A stretch of 64,000 nucleotides of DNA from Thermoguttaceae bacterium (lineage in GTDB: Bacteria > Planctomycetota > Planctomycetia > Pirellulales > Thermoguttaceae). Positions 1 through 10,613 of the stretch are shown here, in pieces. The number at the start of each line of letters is the position of its first letter. The stretch's first letter is position 1. The translations under genes and the position numbers were made by a program. The DNA lies in NCBI GenBank assembly GCA_034005525.1, contig JAVEUP010000021.1:1557-65556 (forward strand), written 5' to 3'. The notes beneath the pieces were generated by a model, which had not been told where the DNA came from, made no database searches, and saw only the letters and a list, made by a program, of their open reading frames with translations.

Positions 1-278
1 GGCAACTGCAAGAGGTCCAGGGAGACGAAGGTTGTCGTCACGTCGGCGGACCGGAGCGCGACCACATTGGCCGTCAGGGGCGTATCGGGCTTCGTGGAAA
101 GGCGCAGGCCGAATTGCCCCCACAAAGCAACCGCTTTGGGCGGCGTAATATCGACCGACGCGGCGCCAACTTGCAGCTCCGCGCCGTACAGAAGAGCGGG
201 CGTCAGAAGCAAGAGCAAGGGGCCCAGCAGTCGGGCGAAAGCGAACCGGAAAACAGTCGAAGAAGCAGTTGTTCTCAT
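1..278 (-). CDS. Secreted protein, N-terminal part only (gene runs off the window start); N-terminus resembles the ceramidase-like protein at 6602-8032
   Basis: My own minus-strand translation from the ATG at 278-276: MRTTASSTVFRFAFARLLGPLLLLLTPALLYGAELQVGAASVDITPPKAV... GGGAGA lies 5 nt upstream. The N-terminus looks like a signal peptide. It is absent from the ORF track because no stop codon lies in the window. Confidence 0.5.
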   Translation of the reverse strand, partial: MRTTASSTVFRFAFARLLGPLLLLLTPALLYGAELQVGAASVDITPPKAVALWGQFGLRLSTKPDTPLTANVVALRSADVTTTFVSLDLLQL

Positions 279-342
279 GAGAATCTCCCGTTGTAAGTGA
301 CGACCATGCTGATCGAACGTGGCGTATCCAAGGCGAGAAGGG

Positions 343-2502
343 CTACTCAAGCAGCCAACCCACGGCCTCGGCTTCCTTTTGCGAGGCGTCGCCCGTGAAG
401 AGGACGAGGGCCTCTGGCCGCGACGCAACCCCATACGCCTTGGCGGCGACTGCCGGCTTTTCCGACTCGCCGGCGAGCCAGACCGGACGTGGCGCATTCA
501 GCGCGATCAGGCCGGGCACATCGAGGTACTTCGCTCCGCCGGGCAGGAACATCGGGTGACGGTAATCCAACAAGTTGCCGAAACGAAAACCTTGCGTATC
601 GGCTACAACGCGGTCGATTGCTTCGCCGGCCAGCGCGCCGGCGGCGACAACAATCGGACCGACGCCGCCCCAGCCGGCGAATGCAACGCTCTTCGGGTTC
701 GGGCAGGGGCTAGCCCCCGGCTGTCGCAACGCCTGGACGATGGTCAGGACGTCGTGGGCTCGTTGTGCAAATAGCGCATGATTGTAGCCGAACGTGTACC
801 CAGCGAACTCTCGCGGGTTCTCGACCACGCGAGTTTGCGTCACCGGTTCGCCACCCTGGAAGAGCAGATCGGCGCCCAAGACTGCGGCACCCGCTTGAAG
901 CAGCGCGGCTACCCCCGGTTTGACGGCGCCGCCGGCATCTCGGAGCGATGCTTGGCCTTGATCATCGAGCCAAACAACCACCTTCCCGGTCCATTGCTTC
1001 GGGCAGAAGCACGCGACGTTCACCTCCTCGCCGTGCGTTGCGTTCAACAGCGTTCCGGTCTTCTCAACCCAGTCGCCACGATCGTGCTCGCTTGCAGGTT
1101 GCCACTGCACGTTGCCCGCATTGGCAAGGGTACGGCCGATGACTACCTCGACCGCCGGCCGGATGACGTTCTGAATGCCCTCGGGCGTTGCCGCCGCGTC
1201 GGCGATCTGCTGCTTGGCGTCCTGGGTGAACCAGGCCAATAGGCCGCGCTCGAAGTCGGGATCGGCTGCCTTGGGGGCAGGGTGCTGGGCGTCCCATACG
1301 CTCAACTGCTCGGGCGGCAGGGGTTCGAAGTCCGTCTCAATCACCGGCGAGGGGAAGCCGAGCTTGAAATGCTTGTTGAGGAAGGTGTAGAAAGCGGAGC
1401 GAGTCACGGCGTTGTAGTTGTGCGGGAAATGCTCGCCGCGTTTTAGGAAGATATTGTCCTTCTTGTCATACATCGCGTAGAGTTGTTGCAGCTCGGGAAA
1501 ACCCTTCGTGGCCATTTCCCTCGTCCAATCATCCGCCGAGTTCATGCCCTGCGGCTTCGGGGCGAACAGGGCGGCAAACTCGACGTTACCCGTATCCACT
1601 CGCAGCAGGCTGGCGTTCTCGCAGGTACAGCCGCCTTGCATGGCCGTACTGACCATGACAACGGGGAAGGAAAGCCGGATGCGGTCGTCAACGGCGGCCA
1701 GCAGCATCGTTTGCGTTCCGCCGCCGCTTGCTCCCGTAACGGCAAGCCGCTCCGGATCAATCTCGGGCAGGCTGAGCAGGAAGTCGAGGCCGCGGACGGA
1801 GTTCAGCGTTTGCAGCCCCATGATATTCTGGCAGTGGGCCTCCGCCTGCGGGCTGTAGAGGCCCCAGTTCTCCGTGGTGTTCATTTCGGGGCGTTGCTTG
1901 GCGAACCCATGGACCAACTCGCGCGACAATTGAACGGAATCCGAGTCGCTCAGCATGTCCCATTGCCAGACCACGCAGCCCATCAGAGCGAGCTGCCGGC
2001 ACTGCGCTTGGAAATTGCTGCGCCCGGCGCACAGGAAGCGTTCAGCGCCGTCGGCAATATCCTTGCGTACTCTTTCTTCCGGCTTCATCGACAGACGTGC
2101 GTCTTTCCAGTGCCCGTGCGCGAACATGACGCCGGGTGCCTTGGCCTGGATGCTCTTGGGACGGTATAGATTGCCGGTCACGAAGAGGCCGGGCGCGCTC
2201 TCGAAATAGACCTTTTCGACCGTGTATTCCCCGCAGTCAATCTTGCCGTGGATAACCGCATTGAGCGGCGTCTTCGTGGGCATGGGCCACAGGCCGGACG
2301 CAACCAGAATCCGCCGCCGCACGTACTCCTTCCGCTGATCCCACGCTTCGATGGATTCCGGCGGGCTGAAAGGGAAGTAGCCGTTGAGGTCCTTCGGCGG
2401 CTGAAGACGAACATCCTCGGCGGATGCCGTTAGCGAAACGCCCAACAGGACAACAAGAGCAATGATGACGTGTCTCATGGTTATGACCCTCACGTGGTTC
2501 AT
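343..2502 (-). CDS. Secreted alpha/beta hydrolase (acetyl-xylan-esterase-like family)
   Basis: 719-aa ORF with a signal peptide (MRHVIIALVVLLGVSLTASA) and a G-x-S-x-G nucleophile elbow (TGASGGGTQ). An alternative start at 2478 (M9) is equally plausible. Confidence 0.75.
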   Translation of the reverse strand: MNHVRVITMRHVIIALVVLLGVSLTASAEDVRLQPPKDLNGYFPFSPPESIEAWDQRKEYVRRRILVASGLWPMPTKTPLNAVIHGKIDCGEYTVEKVYFESAPGLFVTGNLYRPKSIQAKAPGVMFAHGHWKDARLSMKPEERVRKDIADGAERFLCAGRSNFQAQCRQLALMGCVVWQWDMLSDSDSVQLSRELVHGFAKQRPEMNTTENWGLYSPQAEAHCQNIMGLQTLNSVRGLDFLLSLPEIDPERLAVTGASGGGTQTMLLAAVDDRIRLSFPVVMVSTAMQGGCTCENASLLRVDTGNVEFAALFAPKPQGMNSADDWTREMATKGFPELQQLYAMYDKKDNIFLKRGEHFPHNYNAVTRSAFYTFLNKHFKLGFPSPVIETDFEPLPPEQLSVWDAQHPAPKAADPDFERGLLAWFTQDAKQQIADAAATPEGIQNVIRPAVEVVIGRTLANAGNVQWQPASEHDRGDWVEKTGTLLNATHGEEVNVACFCPKQWTGKVVVWLDDQGQASLRDAGGAVKPGVAALLQAGAAVLGADLLFQGGEPVTQTRVVENPREFAGYTFGYNHALFAQRAHDVLTIVQALRQPGASPCPNPKSVAFAGWGGVGPIVVAAGALAGEAIDRVVADTQGFRFGNLLDYRHPMFLPGGAKYLDVPGLIALNAPRPVWLAGESEKPAVAAKAYGVASRPEALVLFTGDASQKEAEAVGWLLE

Positions 2503-2526
2503 GGTTGTGGTTGGAAGTTCCCGCTT

Positions 2527-3846
2527 CTACAGTGTCCATCCCTTGCGGTATTCGCGGCGGATGAACGCGTCGGCTTCGGGACAGCCGACGGCCTTCAAGT
2601 TGGCGGCGTCCCAGGCAAGCTTCTTGCCGACGCGCAGGGCGACATTGCACAGCAGCGCGGCTTCGGTCAGGGCGCCCGAGTACTCGAAGTTGCAGGTCGT
2701 CGGCCCGCCGCTCTTGCAGGCTTCGGTCCACTCGCGATGGTGGCCGATGGAATCGGCAATAAACGGGTCGGGCCGCTTAAACTCCTTGAACCGGTCTTCG
2801 GGCAGCAGTTGGTGTCGGCCGTAGTCGGCAATCAGCATCCCTTCCGCCCCGAGGAACAGCACGGCACTGCCCCACTGCGGAACCTGCCGCTCCTTGACCA
2901 GCGCCGGGTACGCTCCGCCGTTGTACCAGGACAGTGCGACGGGCGGCTGCTCGCCGCGGGCCGGGTATTCTTGCCGAGCGATCGTCCAACGGGCAGCGCT
3001 TTCCGGATGAACCGGCCCTTCCGCTTCGACGGTGGTGGGATGGCGCAGGTCCAGCGCCCAGAACGCCAGGTCGCAGTAGTGGCAGAAGAAATCGCCGAGC
3101 GTTCCGTTCCCGAAGTTCCACCAGGAACGCCAGCGACCCGGCACGTAGGCCGTGTGATACGGCCGTTCGGCCGCCGGTCCCAGCCACAAGTCCCAATCGA
3201 GTGTGGGCGGTACCGGCGGCCGATCCGTCGGCGCGTCCGGCTGCTGCATGCCGGTGGGGGTGGGCGGCCCATTGAAGTTCGCGCCCAGCCAGACGTGCAC
3301 CTCCCGCACCGGCCCAATGGCGCCGGACTTGACCAGTTCGACCGCCCGCCGGTAATTGGCGCCTGCGTGAATCTGGGTGCCCATCTGGGTGACAAGCTTC
3401 TTCTCGCGTGCGGCTTGGGCCATCATCCGCGCCTCGTAGACGCTGTGCGTCAGCGGCTTCTCGCAGTAGCAGTGCTTGCCCAGCTTCATCGCCATTACGC
3501 CCGCGGCGGCGTGGGTGTGGTCCGGCGTACCGATCACGACCGCGTCAATCTGGCCGTGCATCTCATCGAGCATCTTCCGGAAGTCTTTGTATCGCTTCGC
3601 CTGCGGGTACTGCTCGAACGTCTTGCCGGCGCGCTCGTCGTCAACGTCGCACAGCGCTACGATGTTCTCGTGAGCGGCGCCGTTCACGTCGGCTGCGCCC
3701 CGGCCGCCGATCCCGATTCCGGCAATGTTCAGTTTTTCGTTCGGCGAGTTGCTCTGCGCCCGGGTTGAAGTACCGGAGGTGGTCCAAACGCCCGCGGCCA
3801 CGGCCGCGGTCCGGAGCATGTCACGGCGAGAAATTGGCATGGACAT
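2527..3846 (-). CDS. Gfo/Idh/MocA family oxidoreductase with a Tat signal
   Basis: Start moved to the internal ATG at 3846, which has AAGGAG 8 nt upstream. Twin-arginine leader MSMPISRRDMLRTAAVAAG and Rossmann motif NIAGIGIGGRGAADV. The upstream 136 codons of the track ORF look non-coding. Confidence 0.85.
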   Translation of the reverse strand: MSMPISRRDMLRTAAVAAGVWTTSGTSTRAQSNSPNEKLNIAGIGIGGRGAADVNGAAHENIVALCDVDDERAGKTFEQYPQAKRYKDFRKMLDEMHGQIDAVVIGTPDHTHAAAGVMAMKLGKHCYCEKPLTHSVYEARMMAQAAREKKLVTQMGTQIHAGANYRRAVELVKSGAIGPVREVHVWLGANFNGPPTPTGMQQPDAPTDRPPVPPTLDWDLWLGPAAERPYHTAYVPGRWRSWWNFGNGTLGDFFCHYCDLAFWALDLRHPTTVEAEGPVHPESAARWTIARQEYPARGEQPPVALSWYNGGAYPALVKERQVPQWGSAVLFLGAEGMLIADYGRHQLLPEDRFKEFKRPDPFIADSIGHHREWTEACKSGGPTTCNFEYSGALTEAALLCNVALRVGKKLAWDAANLKAVGCPEADAFIRREYRKGWTL

Positions 3847-4196
3847 TGGAGGGCTCCTTGCAGGTTGGGGAATGACGACTGTAACATCGCAACAGTCATG
3901 GATTCGCCGGCACTTGCGTAGGCCGGCTACTACGACAACTATAGCCGCACCGTGTCGGGCACGCAATGGCTCACGCACATGAAGCGGGCCATCGAGTGCC
4001 GTCGGCCGGAGCGGGGCAAGAACCATCCCATTGCCGCTTGACACCCCGGAGGGCGGTGAAGACAATGGGGGCTTTCCCCGCCTGGAGCCGTTCCAGAGGC
4101 AAGAACGGCTTTCATTCTCGCCAAAACCCAGACTGCCATCAAGCAAGAAGCCGGGGCGCCGTAAACTCGCGGTGACTTGCGAAGAAGGAGGCCGAC

Positions 4197-6551
4197 ATGA
4201 TTCGATCGCCGGCGGTTGCCTGCATATTCCTTTCGCTGCTTGTTCCCATGACATTCGGCGCCGATGAGCCTGAGATGTCGCTGCAAGCCGGCCACCTGCA
4301 AGCCAGGTTGTCGATGGCCGACGGCCGATTGTTGTCGCTTTCGGTCCGCGGGCATGAGCTTCTGGCCGCGCCCGGTCAACTCCTGCTGCAAGTCGACAAG
4401 CACGATCCGGTACCGTTGAACTCGAAGTGGACCGGGCTTTCGGTCAAACAAGAGGGAGCAGTCTTGATCGTCATGGGCCGCGAGCCGGTTTCGGGCGTTG
4501 AATTGCGGGCCGTGTGGAGTGCCGGCCGGAACTTGGAGTGCCGCACGACGCTGGTGCAATCCGGGCCCGAACGGCTTGAGGCGGCGGTCGAACTGTCGCT
4601 TCCCTGCACGGCCCGCCGGCTGGTGAGGGTGGCGCCTTCGGGCGGTGAGCCGGCAGCCGTCGATTTCACACAGCGCATGGGCGTCGGTTATCGAGGCGAC
4701 GTGGGCGGATTGGTCATGCCGGCAACGTTCCTCTATCAGCCCGAAGAGGATTGGGGCCTGACCGTGCTGGCCGACTTCGCACTGCCCACTCGCGGGTTCG
4801 AGTTCTGGATCGACGCGGCTCCGGCACGGATCGCGGCGCGGCGCGTGCATTTGCGGCTCGAGCCGGGGCGGCCGGTCGACGTATCGCTGATGCTGTTTGG
4901 CCACGTAGGCGACTGGCGGCCGGGTTTGGGGCACGTGGTGGAGTGCTATCCGGAGTTCTTCCGCGTGGCCGAACCGAGGATTTCCGAGTTGCATGGGCCG
5001 TTCGTTTGCAGCGGGGGAACCCCGACCGACGAGACCTTGAAACGGTGGCAATCGCAGCACGTGCAGACGGTCGAGGTCCACGGCACGCTGCCGTTCTACG
5101 GGCAGCATTTGCCCTTCGGCGATTCGTGGCCCGTCTTCGCCGACGACCAGTGGCATCGTCTGCGGGAACTGCCCGATCCGGACAAGCCGGCCGAGGATGC
5201 CTCCTGGAAGGTGATCCACGACTACGTGAGCCGTAAGTCGCCGGGGCGGATTTCGGTTGCGCAGATCAACGATTACATCCGCCGGCTGCATGCGCACGGC
5301 ATGTTCGCCCTGATGTACTTCAACCCGACAGAAGCGTGGAGACCGTGGATTAGCGAGAACTACGCCGAGGCGCTGGCCGAGAACGCCAATGGCGACTACT
5401 ACCGGGCCTGGTACGAAAGCTGGATGGTTTGCCCCGAGCCCGAGAGCCGCTGGGGGCGGCATCTCTTGGATGAGTTCCAGAAGATGATGGACTTGTATCC
5501 CGAGGCCGACGGCTTCTTCATGGACCAGTCGTGCTACGACCACCTCGACTACGCGCACGACGATGGATGGACGATCCAGAATGGGCGCACCGCGTATCGC
5601 ATGGGCTGGGCGATCGGGCGGCTGAACCAGCAGTGCCGCAAGCTGGCCAAGGCCCGCGGCAAGTTCATCTGGTGGAACGGCCCCTACTGTACCGACATCG
5701 CCTATTTCGCCGAAGGCATGATGGCCGAAGCCGGCAACGAGGCCCAGATTCGCGCGAACTACTGGCTCAGCTCGGGCGGCCGCGCCTGCTGTACCCTTTC
5801 GTCCAAGGGTGAAGAAGTCTTCCAAAATTGTGCGGCCTACGGGATTTACCCCACGGCGATGCCCGACGGCCCACTCAGCCGCCTGGCTGAACGATATTGG
5901 CCGCTCTTTGCGAAGTGGCGCGGCAAGCAGTGGATATTCCATCCCCGGGCGTTGGAACTGCCCGCGGGCACCAAGGGTAATATCTACCGCCTCCCTGACG
6001 GAAATGCTCTGGCCGTGATGGTGACCGGGGGACGCTCCATTGACGGACCGGAGGTCGATCTGGACGTGCCGCTGGTCGTCCGCCTGCCCGACGCAGCCGA
6101 GGTCCGCGCCGCCTACTTCCTCTCGCCCGATCTTGCCGGTCTCCGCCGGCTGGCATTTCAGCGCGACGGCGACCTTTTGCGGATCGTCGTGCCGCGCCAT
6201 CGCAGCACGACGGCCGTACTGCTGGCCACCGGCGGCGTGCACTACGCGATGGAGGGCCCTCCGGCAATTGCGGCCGGCCGCAGGACCGAGGCCCAGTTGG
6301 TTGTCGACAATTGGACGGACAAGCCCGTCGCGGGACAATGGAGTGCGGACGGCAAGCCGGGCGAAACATTCCGTGTGGAGCCCGGTCAATCGGTGCGCCG
6401 GCCGGTCGTCCTTATTGGCGGCGACGATAAGCAGGCACAGGCGCGCACCTGCCTCGACGTTCCGCTCGAAGTTGACGGCACTCGGCTGGAGGGGCGTTTC
6501 GAGTGCTACACAAGCATTCGGATTCTCAAGGAGCCTGATGCCGGCAACTAA
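4197..6551 (+). CDS. Hypothetical secreted protein (784 aa); no family recognised, possibly glycoside-hydrolase-like
   Basis: GAAGGAGG lies upstream of the ATG. Signal peptide MIRSPAVACIFLSLLVPMTFGADEP. Long uninterrupted ORF in a secreted-hydrolase neighbourhood. Confidence 0.7.
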   Translation: MIRSPAVACIFLSLLVPMTFGADEPEMSLQAGHLQARLSMADGRLLSLSVRGHELLAAPGQLLLQVDKHDPVPLNSKWTGLSVKQEGAVLIVMGREPVSGVELRAVWSAGRNLECRTTLVQSGPERLEAAVELSLPCTARRLVRVAPSGGEPAAVDFTQRMGVGYRGDVGGLVMPATFLYQPEEDWGLTVLADFALPTRGFEFWIDAAPARIAARRVHLRLEPGRPVDVSLMLFGHVGDWRPGLGHVVECYPEFFRVAEPRISELHGPFVCSGGTPTDETLKRWQSQHVQTVEVHGTLPFYGQHLPFGDSWPVFADDQWHRLRELPDPDKPAEDASWKVIHDYVSRKSPGRISVAQINDYIRRLHAHGMFALMYFNPTEAWRPWISENYAEALAENANGDYYRAWYESWMVCPEPESRWGRHLLDEFQKMMDLYPEADGFFMDQSCYDHLDYAHDDGWTIQNGRTAYRMGWAIGRLNQQCRKLAKARGKFIWWNGPYCTDIAYFAEGMMAEAGNEAQIRANYWLSSGGRACCTLSSKGEEVFQNCAAYGIYPTAMPDGPLSRLAERYWPLFAKWRGKQWIFHPRALELPAGTKGNIYRLPDGNALAVMVTGGRSIDGPEVDLDVPLVVRLPDAAEVRAAYFLSPDLAGLRRLAFQRDGDLLRIVVPRHRSTTAVLLATGGVHYAMEGPPAIAAGRRTEAQLVVDNWTDKPVAGQWSADGKPGETFRVEPGQSVRRPVVLIGGDDKQAQARTCLDVPLEVDGTRLEGRFECYTSIRILKEPDAGN

Positions 6552-6601
6552 CCTACCAACACAGTTTTCTGTCGAGTCCATCAACCCCAAAGGAGACAAT
6601 C

Positions 6602-8032
6602 ATGGTCCGATTCACATTCCTGATCCTTGCGGCGATCGTACTCACGGCAGCACCGGCCGACGCCCAATCGCCCGACAAGAAGGCGCTGCTGGCCGGAGCC
6701 GCGACAAGCAACATTACGCCGCGGCTGGGCGGTGGAATCGTGGGAAACTTCGGTACCCCACCCCCGGCCGAGTACATCCACGACGAGCTGCACGCGCGAT
6801 GCTTCGTGCTGGACGACGGCGATTGTCGCGTCGTCCTGGTCATCATTGATAATATCTATGTCAGCCGGGAGGTTCTCGATGAAGCCAAACGGCAGGTGAC
6901 CGAGGCGACCGGCATACCGGCCGATCGGATGCTCATGTCCGGCACGCATACGCATTCGTCGGTGAGCGCCCGCTGGAAGAATCCGCTTCAACCGGAGGAC
7001 GAGTTCACCGAGTACCAGCAGTTCCTGGCCCATCGCATTTCCGACGGAGTGCGCTGTGCAATCCATAACTTGCAGCCGGCGCGGATTGCCTGGGGTACGG
7101 CCAATCTGCCCGGGCAGGTGTTCTGCCGGCGGTGGCTGCTGCAGCCGGGCGCCGAGCTGTTCAACCCCTTTGGCGAGCCAGATCAGGCCAAGATGAACCC
7201 GGGCAACAGGCCCGATCTGCTGAAGCCGGCCAGCCCCGTCGATCCGCAGATCGCGTTCCTCGCAATCGAGACAGCCAAAGGCCGTCCGCTGGGTCTGCTG
7301 GCGAACTATTCGCTGCACTATGTAGGCGGGGTGCCTCGGCACCACATTTCGGCCGATTACTTCGGCGTGTTCGCCGACCGAATCCAGCAGTTGCTGGGCG
7401 CCGACCGGCTGGATCCTCCTTATGTGGGCGCGATGAGCAACGGCACCAGCGGCAACATCAACAACAACGACTACTCCACCCGCCGTGAGAGGCGCCAACC
7501 GTACGAACAAATCCGCCTGGTCGCCGGCGAGTGCGCCCAGGCCGTATATGAAGAGTACCAAAAGCTTACTTGGCACGACTGGGTACCGCTTGGCATGCGT
7601 CAGCGGGAACTGGAATTGGCGGTGCGCAAGCCCACGCCTGCCCAACTTGAACACGCTAGGAAGGTCCTGGCCGACCCCGAACGCCCCGACAAGTTCCCGC
7701 ATGAGCGGAACTACGCGGGAAGGGCCATCGAACTGCTCGAGTCGCCCGATACAGTCCGCGTGATTCTGCAGGCCGTGCGGATCGGCGACCTGGGCATTTC
7801 CGCCATCCCGTTTGAGGTGTTCTCCGATACGGGCCTGGAACTGAAGGCCCGCAATCCGTTTAAACCCAGTCTCACCATTGAACTGGCCAACGGCGGCTAC
7901 GGCTACCTGCCCACGCCGGAGCAGCACGAACTGGGCGGTTACGAAACCTGGTTGGGTACCAACAAGGTGGAAGGCCAAGCCTCGGTCAAGATCGTCGACG
8001 CGCTGCTGGAGATGTTTGCGGAATTGAAGTAA
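6602..8032 (+). CDS. Neutral/alkaline ceramidase-like hydrolase family protein, secreted
   Basis: AAGGAGA RBS and a signal peptide. The N-terminal block GAATSNITP...DELHARCFVLDDGD and the SGTHTHSS motif resemble the neutral ceramidase N-terminal domain (family recalled from memory). Confidence 0.65.
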   Translation: MVRFTFLILAAIVLTAAPADAQSPDKKALLAGAATSNITPRLGGGIVGNFGTPPPAEYIHDELHARCFVLDDGDCRVVLVIIDNIYVSREVLDEAKRQVTEATGIPADRMLMSGTHTHSSVSARWKNPLQPEDEFTEYQQFLAHRISDGVRCAIHNLQPARIAWGTANLPGQVFCRRWLLQPGAELFNPFGEPDQAKMNPGNRPDLLKPASPVDPQIAFLAIETAKGRPLGLLANYSLHYVGGVPRHHISADYFGVFADRIQQLLGADRLDPPYVGAMSNGTSGNINNNDYSTRRERRQPYEQIRLVAGECAQAVYEEYQKLTWHDWVPLGMRQRELELAVRKPTPAQLEHARKVLADPERPDKFPHERNYAGRAIELLESPDTVRVILQAVRIGDLGISAIPFEVFSDTGLELKARNPFKPSLTIELANGGYGYLPTPEQHELGGYETWLGTNKVEGQASVKIVDALLEMFAELK

Positions 8033-8193
8033 AGGGCTGGATCGGCCTTCGGCCCCAGCAATCGTCGCGGGCAGCCCCGAATGGCCCGGCCAAGGCAAGA
8101 TCGTTTTGCACAAGGGGTTTACGACAAGACCCAGGGGCGCAAATCGCACCCTGGGCCTTGGTTCGTGTAATTTCTCCTGCTCAGATTGCGTCG

Positions 8194-9360
8194 CTACGCT
8201 GGAATCTCGATCCATTTGCCCTCGCGGGCGCTTTGCAGTACGGCGTCGCATACGCGCTGGGTGCGCAGGCCGCTGCGCAGGTCGGGCTGGAACGCCGGGC
8301 CGCCTTCCAGGCCGGCGAGGAAGTCGGCCAGGCCGTTGATGAACGTGTGCTCGTAGCCGATCGTGCAGCCGGGAACCCACCAGTTGCCCATGTACGGATG
8401 CTCGAAGTTGGTCACGTGAATGCGCTGCCAGCCGGTAAGGTGGTCTTCGATCTTCTTGCCCGTCTCCGGATCGGCATAGCGGAAGAACTGCAGGATGTGC
8501 GGGTCTTCGAGGTCGAAGAACACCGCGCCCCGCTCGCCGTTCAGTTCGAATGTGTTGTAGTTCTTGCGCCCGCGGGCGTAGCGGGTGCTCTCGAACGTGC
8601 CCATCGAACCGTTGGCGAAGATGGCCAGGAACATGCAGGCATCGTCGATGTCGACCTTCTCTACCTTGCCCGTGTCGGCGTGCTTCCGCTCCTTGATGAA
8701 CGTTTCGGTGTGCGTCACGACGCGGGCGATGGGGCCATTGAGCCACTCGGCCGTGTCGATCGAGTGGGCCAGCAGGTCGCCGGTCACTCCGCTACCGGCC
8801 ACGCGGGAATCGAGCCGCCACAGGGACATGCCACCCTGGGGCACGTCGGCGCCGATGGTGTAATCCTGCAAATACGTTGCCCTATAGTGGAACGGCCGGC
8901 CGATGCGTCCCTCGTCGACCACCTGGCGGGCAAGCGAAATAGCCGGCACGCGGCGGTAGTTGAACGACACCATGTTCGCCACGCCCGCCTTCTCGACCGC
9001 GGCGACCATGGCCTCGGCCTCGGCAGTTGTCATGGCCAACGGCTTCTCGCAAACGATCATCTTGTGCGCCTCGGCGGCGGCGATCACGACGTCGTGGTGC
9101 ATGTGGTTCGGCACGCACACGTCGATCACGTCGATATCGTCGCGCTCGATCACCTTGCGCCAGTCGGTCTCGATCGACTCGTAGCCCCAGCGCTTCGCGA
9201 ACTTGTCGAGCTTCTCACGGTCCTCTTCGCGCCCGTAAACGCATTTGAGCACGGGCTTGTGTTCGCGATCGTAAAAGTGGTTCACTTGGCCGTAGGCATT
9301 CGAGTGCGCGCGGCCCATGAAGCCACAGCCGAGCATACCGACGTTTAGGGGTTTGGTCAT
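8194..9360 (-). CDS. Gfo/Idh/MocA family oxidoreductase
   Basis: N-terminal Rossmann motif [17 protein letters not shown]. 388 aa, a typical length for the family. Confidence 0.9.
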   Translation of the reverse strand: MTKPLNVGMLGCGFMGRAHSNAYGQVNHFYDREHKPVLKCVYGREEDREKLDKFAKRWGYESIETDWRKVIERDDIDVIDVCVPNHMHHDVVIAAAEAHKMIVCEKPLAMTTAEAEAMVAAVEKAGVANMVSFNYRRVPAISLARQVVDEGRIGRPFHYRATYLQDYTIGADVPQGGMSLWRLDSRVAGSGVTGDLLAHSIDTAEWLNGPIARVVTHTETFIKERKHADTGKVEKVDIDDACMFLAIFANGSMGTFESTRYARGRKNYNTFELNGERGAVFFDLEDPHILQFFRYADPETGKKIEDHLTGWQRIHVTNFEHPYMGNWWVPGCTIGYEHTFINGLADFLAGLEGGPAFQPDLRSGLRTQRVCDAVLQSAREGKWIEIPA

Positions 9361-9427
9361 GTTGAATCTCCGTACGTTGGGGTTAATGGGTCAGTGTCAA
9401 GATTGCGAAATTTCGACATTCGACATT

Positions 9428-10486
9428 CTATTCGCTCCACCCGTGCGCGTCGCGCACGGCGATCATCGCACGCAGGATGTCGTTCCATGTTTCGGGCTGC
9501 ATCATCACGTCGTTGGGGAACATGCAGCCGTCCCAGCAGATGTGTTTGATCTTGCGGGTGGGCTGGCCGCCTTCGCGCAGCCAATAGCCGGCGTGGCGGA
9601 CGATGTCGAGCTTGCCGTTGGCGTCGGTGGCCTGGCAGTGCCGCCCGGTCTTGTCGTGCGAGCCGCTGCCGTGGACCGTACCGTCGTTCTGGGCCACGTG
9701 GAAGTCGATGGTCCAGGGCCGCAAGGCGTTGGTCAGCTCGAGATAGGCCGCCTCGAACCGGTCGGACTCGTTCCAGTCGAAATCCTGCGGCAGGATGGCG
9801 TCCTCCGGGGCGTTGTAGCCGAGGATGTAGAGCAGCGTGTGGGCCATGTCGGCCTGGAAGCCAAGCGTTTGCGGCCGGTCGACCATTTCGAGAATCTGGA
9901 TCATGCGTTTCCAGCTATGCATGCCGCCCCAGCAGATTTCGCCTTCCGCGGCAAGCTGCTCGCCGTGGTCTTCAGCAATGAAGCATGCTTCACGAAACGT
10001 CTCGGCAATCCGCTTCTGGTTCCCTTCGGGGTCCTCGTACCAGGGTTCCACGCCGGACGCCGAGTCGATCCGCACCGCGCCGTGCGGGCGGACGCCAAGC
10101 TGCCGTAGCTTCTCAGCCACGCGGCAGCCTTTCTTGACCTGGTCGAGGAACTGGCGCCGCTCTGCGGGCGAGCCCATGGCCGCGCCGCCTCCGGTCGGCG
10201 GCCAGATGGGCGCCACCACCGTGCCGATTTCGAGGTTCCGCGCCCGCGCCTTCCCGGCCAGCTCCTCGACGGCCGCATCGCTCTCGACCGTCGAGTCGAT
10301 ATCGATGTGCGGCAGGTACAGGAACAGGTCGAAGCCGTCGAACCGCACGCCGTCTACTTCCGCTGCCGCGGTCAGGTCCAACATTGTGTCGAGTCCGATC
10401 GGCGGGTCGCCGCCGTCGCCCTTGCCAACCACGCCGGGCCAGGCCGCGTTGTGAAGTTTGGGGTACGTGTTGGTGTGCGTAGTCAT
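9428..10486 (-). CDS. Sugar phosphate isomerase/epimerase (xylose-isomerase-like TIM barrel)
   Basis: 352-aa ORF with the composition and length typical of AP-endonuclease-2/xylose-isomerase-like TIM barrels. It is adjacent to Gfo/Idh/MocA genes, as is common for this family. Confidence 0.75.
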   Translation of the reverse strand: MTTHTNTYPKLHNAAWPGVVGKGDGGDPPIGLDTMLDLTAAAEVDGVRFDGFDLFLYLPHIDIDSTVESDAAVEELAGKARARNLEIGTVVAPIWPPTGGGAAMGSPAERRQFLDQVKKGCRVAEKLRQLGVRPHGAVRIDSASGVEPWYEDPEGNQKRIAETFREACFIAEDHGEQLAAEGEICWGGMHSWKRMIQILEMVDRPQTLGFQADMAHTLLYILGYNAPEDAILPQDFDWNESDRFEAAYLELTNALRPWTIDFHVAQNDGTVHGSGSHDKTGRHCQATDANGKLDIVRHAGYWLREGGQPTRKIKHICWDGCMFPNDVMMQPETWNDILRAMIAVRDAHGWSE

Positions 10487-10613
10487 TGAAGTTCCTCGCT
10501 GAATGTGGGGGTCGTTTCGCCTCTCATGGCTTTAGTCCATTTGTCCCACAAGCTGTGGGAGAATCTAAGCATTCAATTCTCCAACGGGCTGTTGGAGTTC
10601 TCTTCGGCATTCG

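Noticed and set aside
3847-4254. N-terminal 136-codon extension of the oxidoreductase ORF (track ORF 2527-4254)
   Set aside because: The extension is Arg/Pro/Ser-rich junk. The internal ATG at 3846 has a strong AAGGAG RBS and yields a proper Tat leader.
3939-6599. 886-aa minus-strand ORF
   Set aside because: It is antisense to the well-supported secreted-protein gene 4197-6551. Its composition is Arg/Gly/Pro-biased, which is typical of shadow ORFs in GC-rich DNA.
6581-8746. 721-aa minus-strand ORF
   Set aside because: It is antisense to the ceramidase-like gene and runs across an intergenic gap. It has low-complexity Arg/His/Pro-rich composition.
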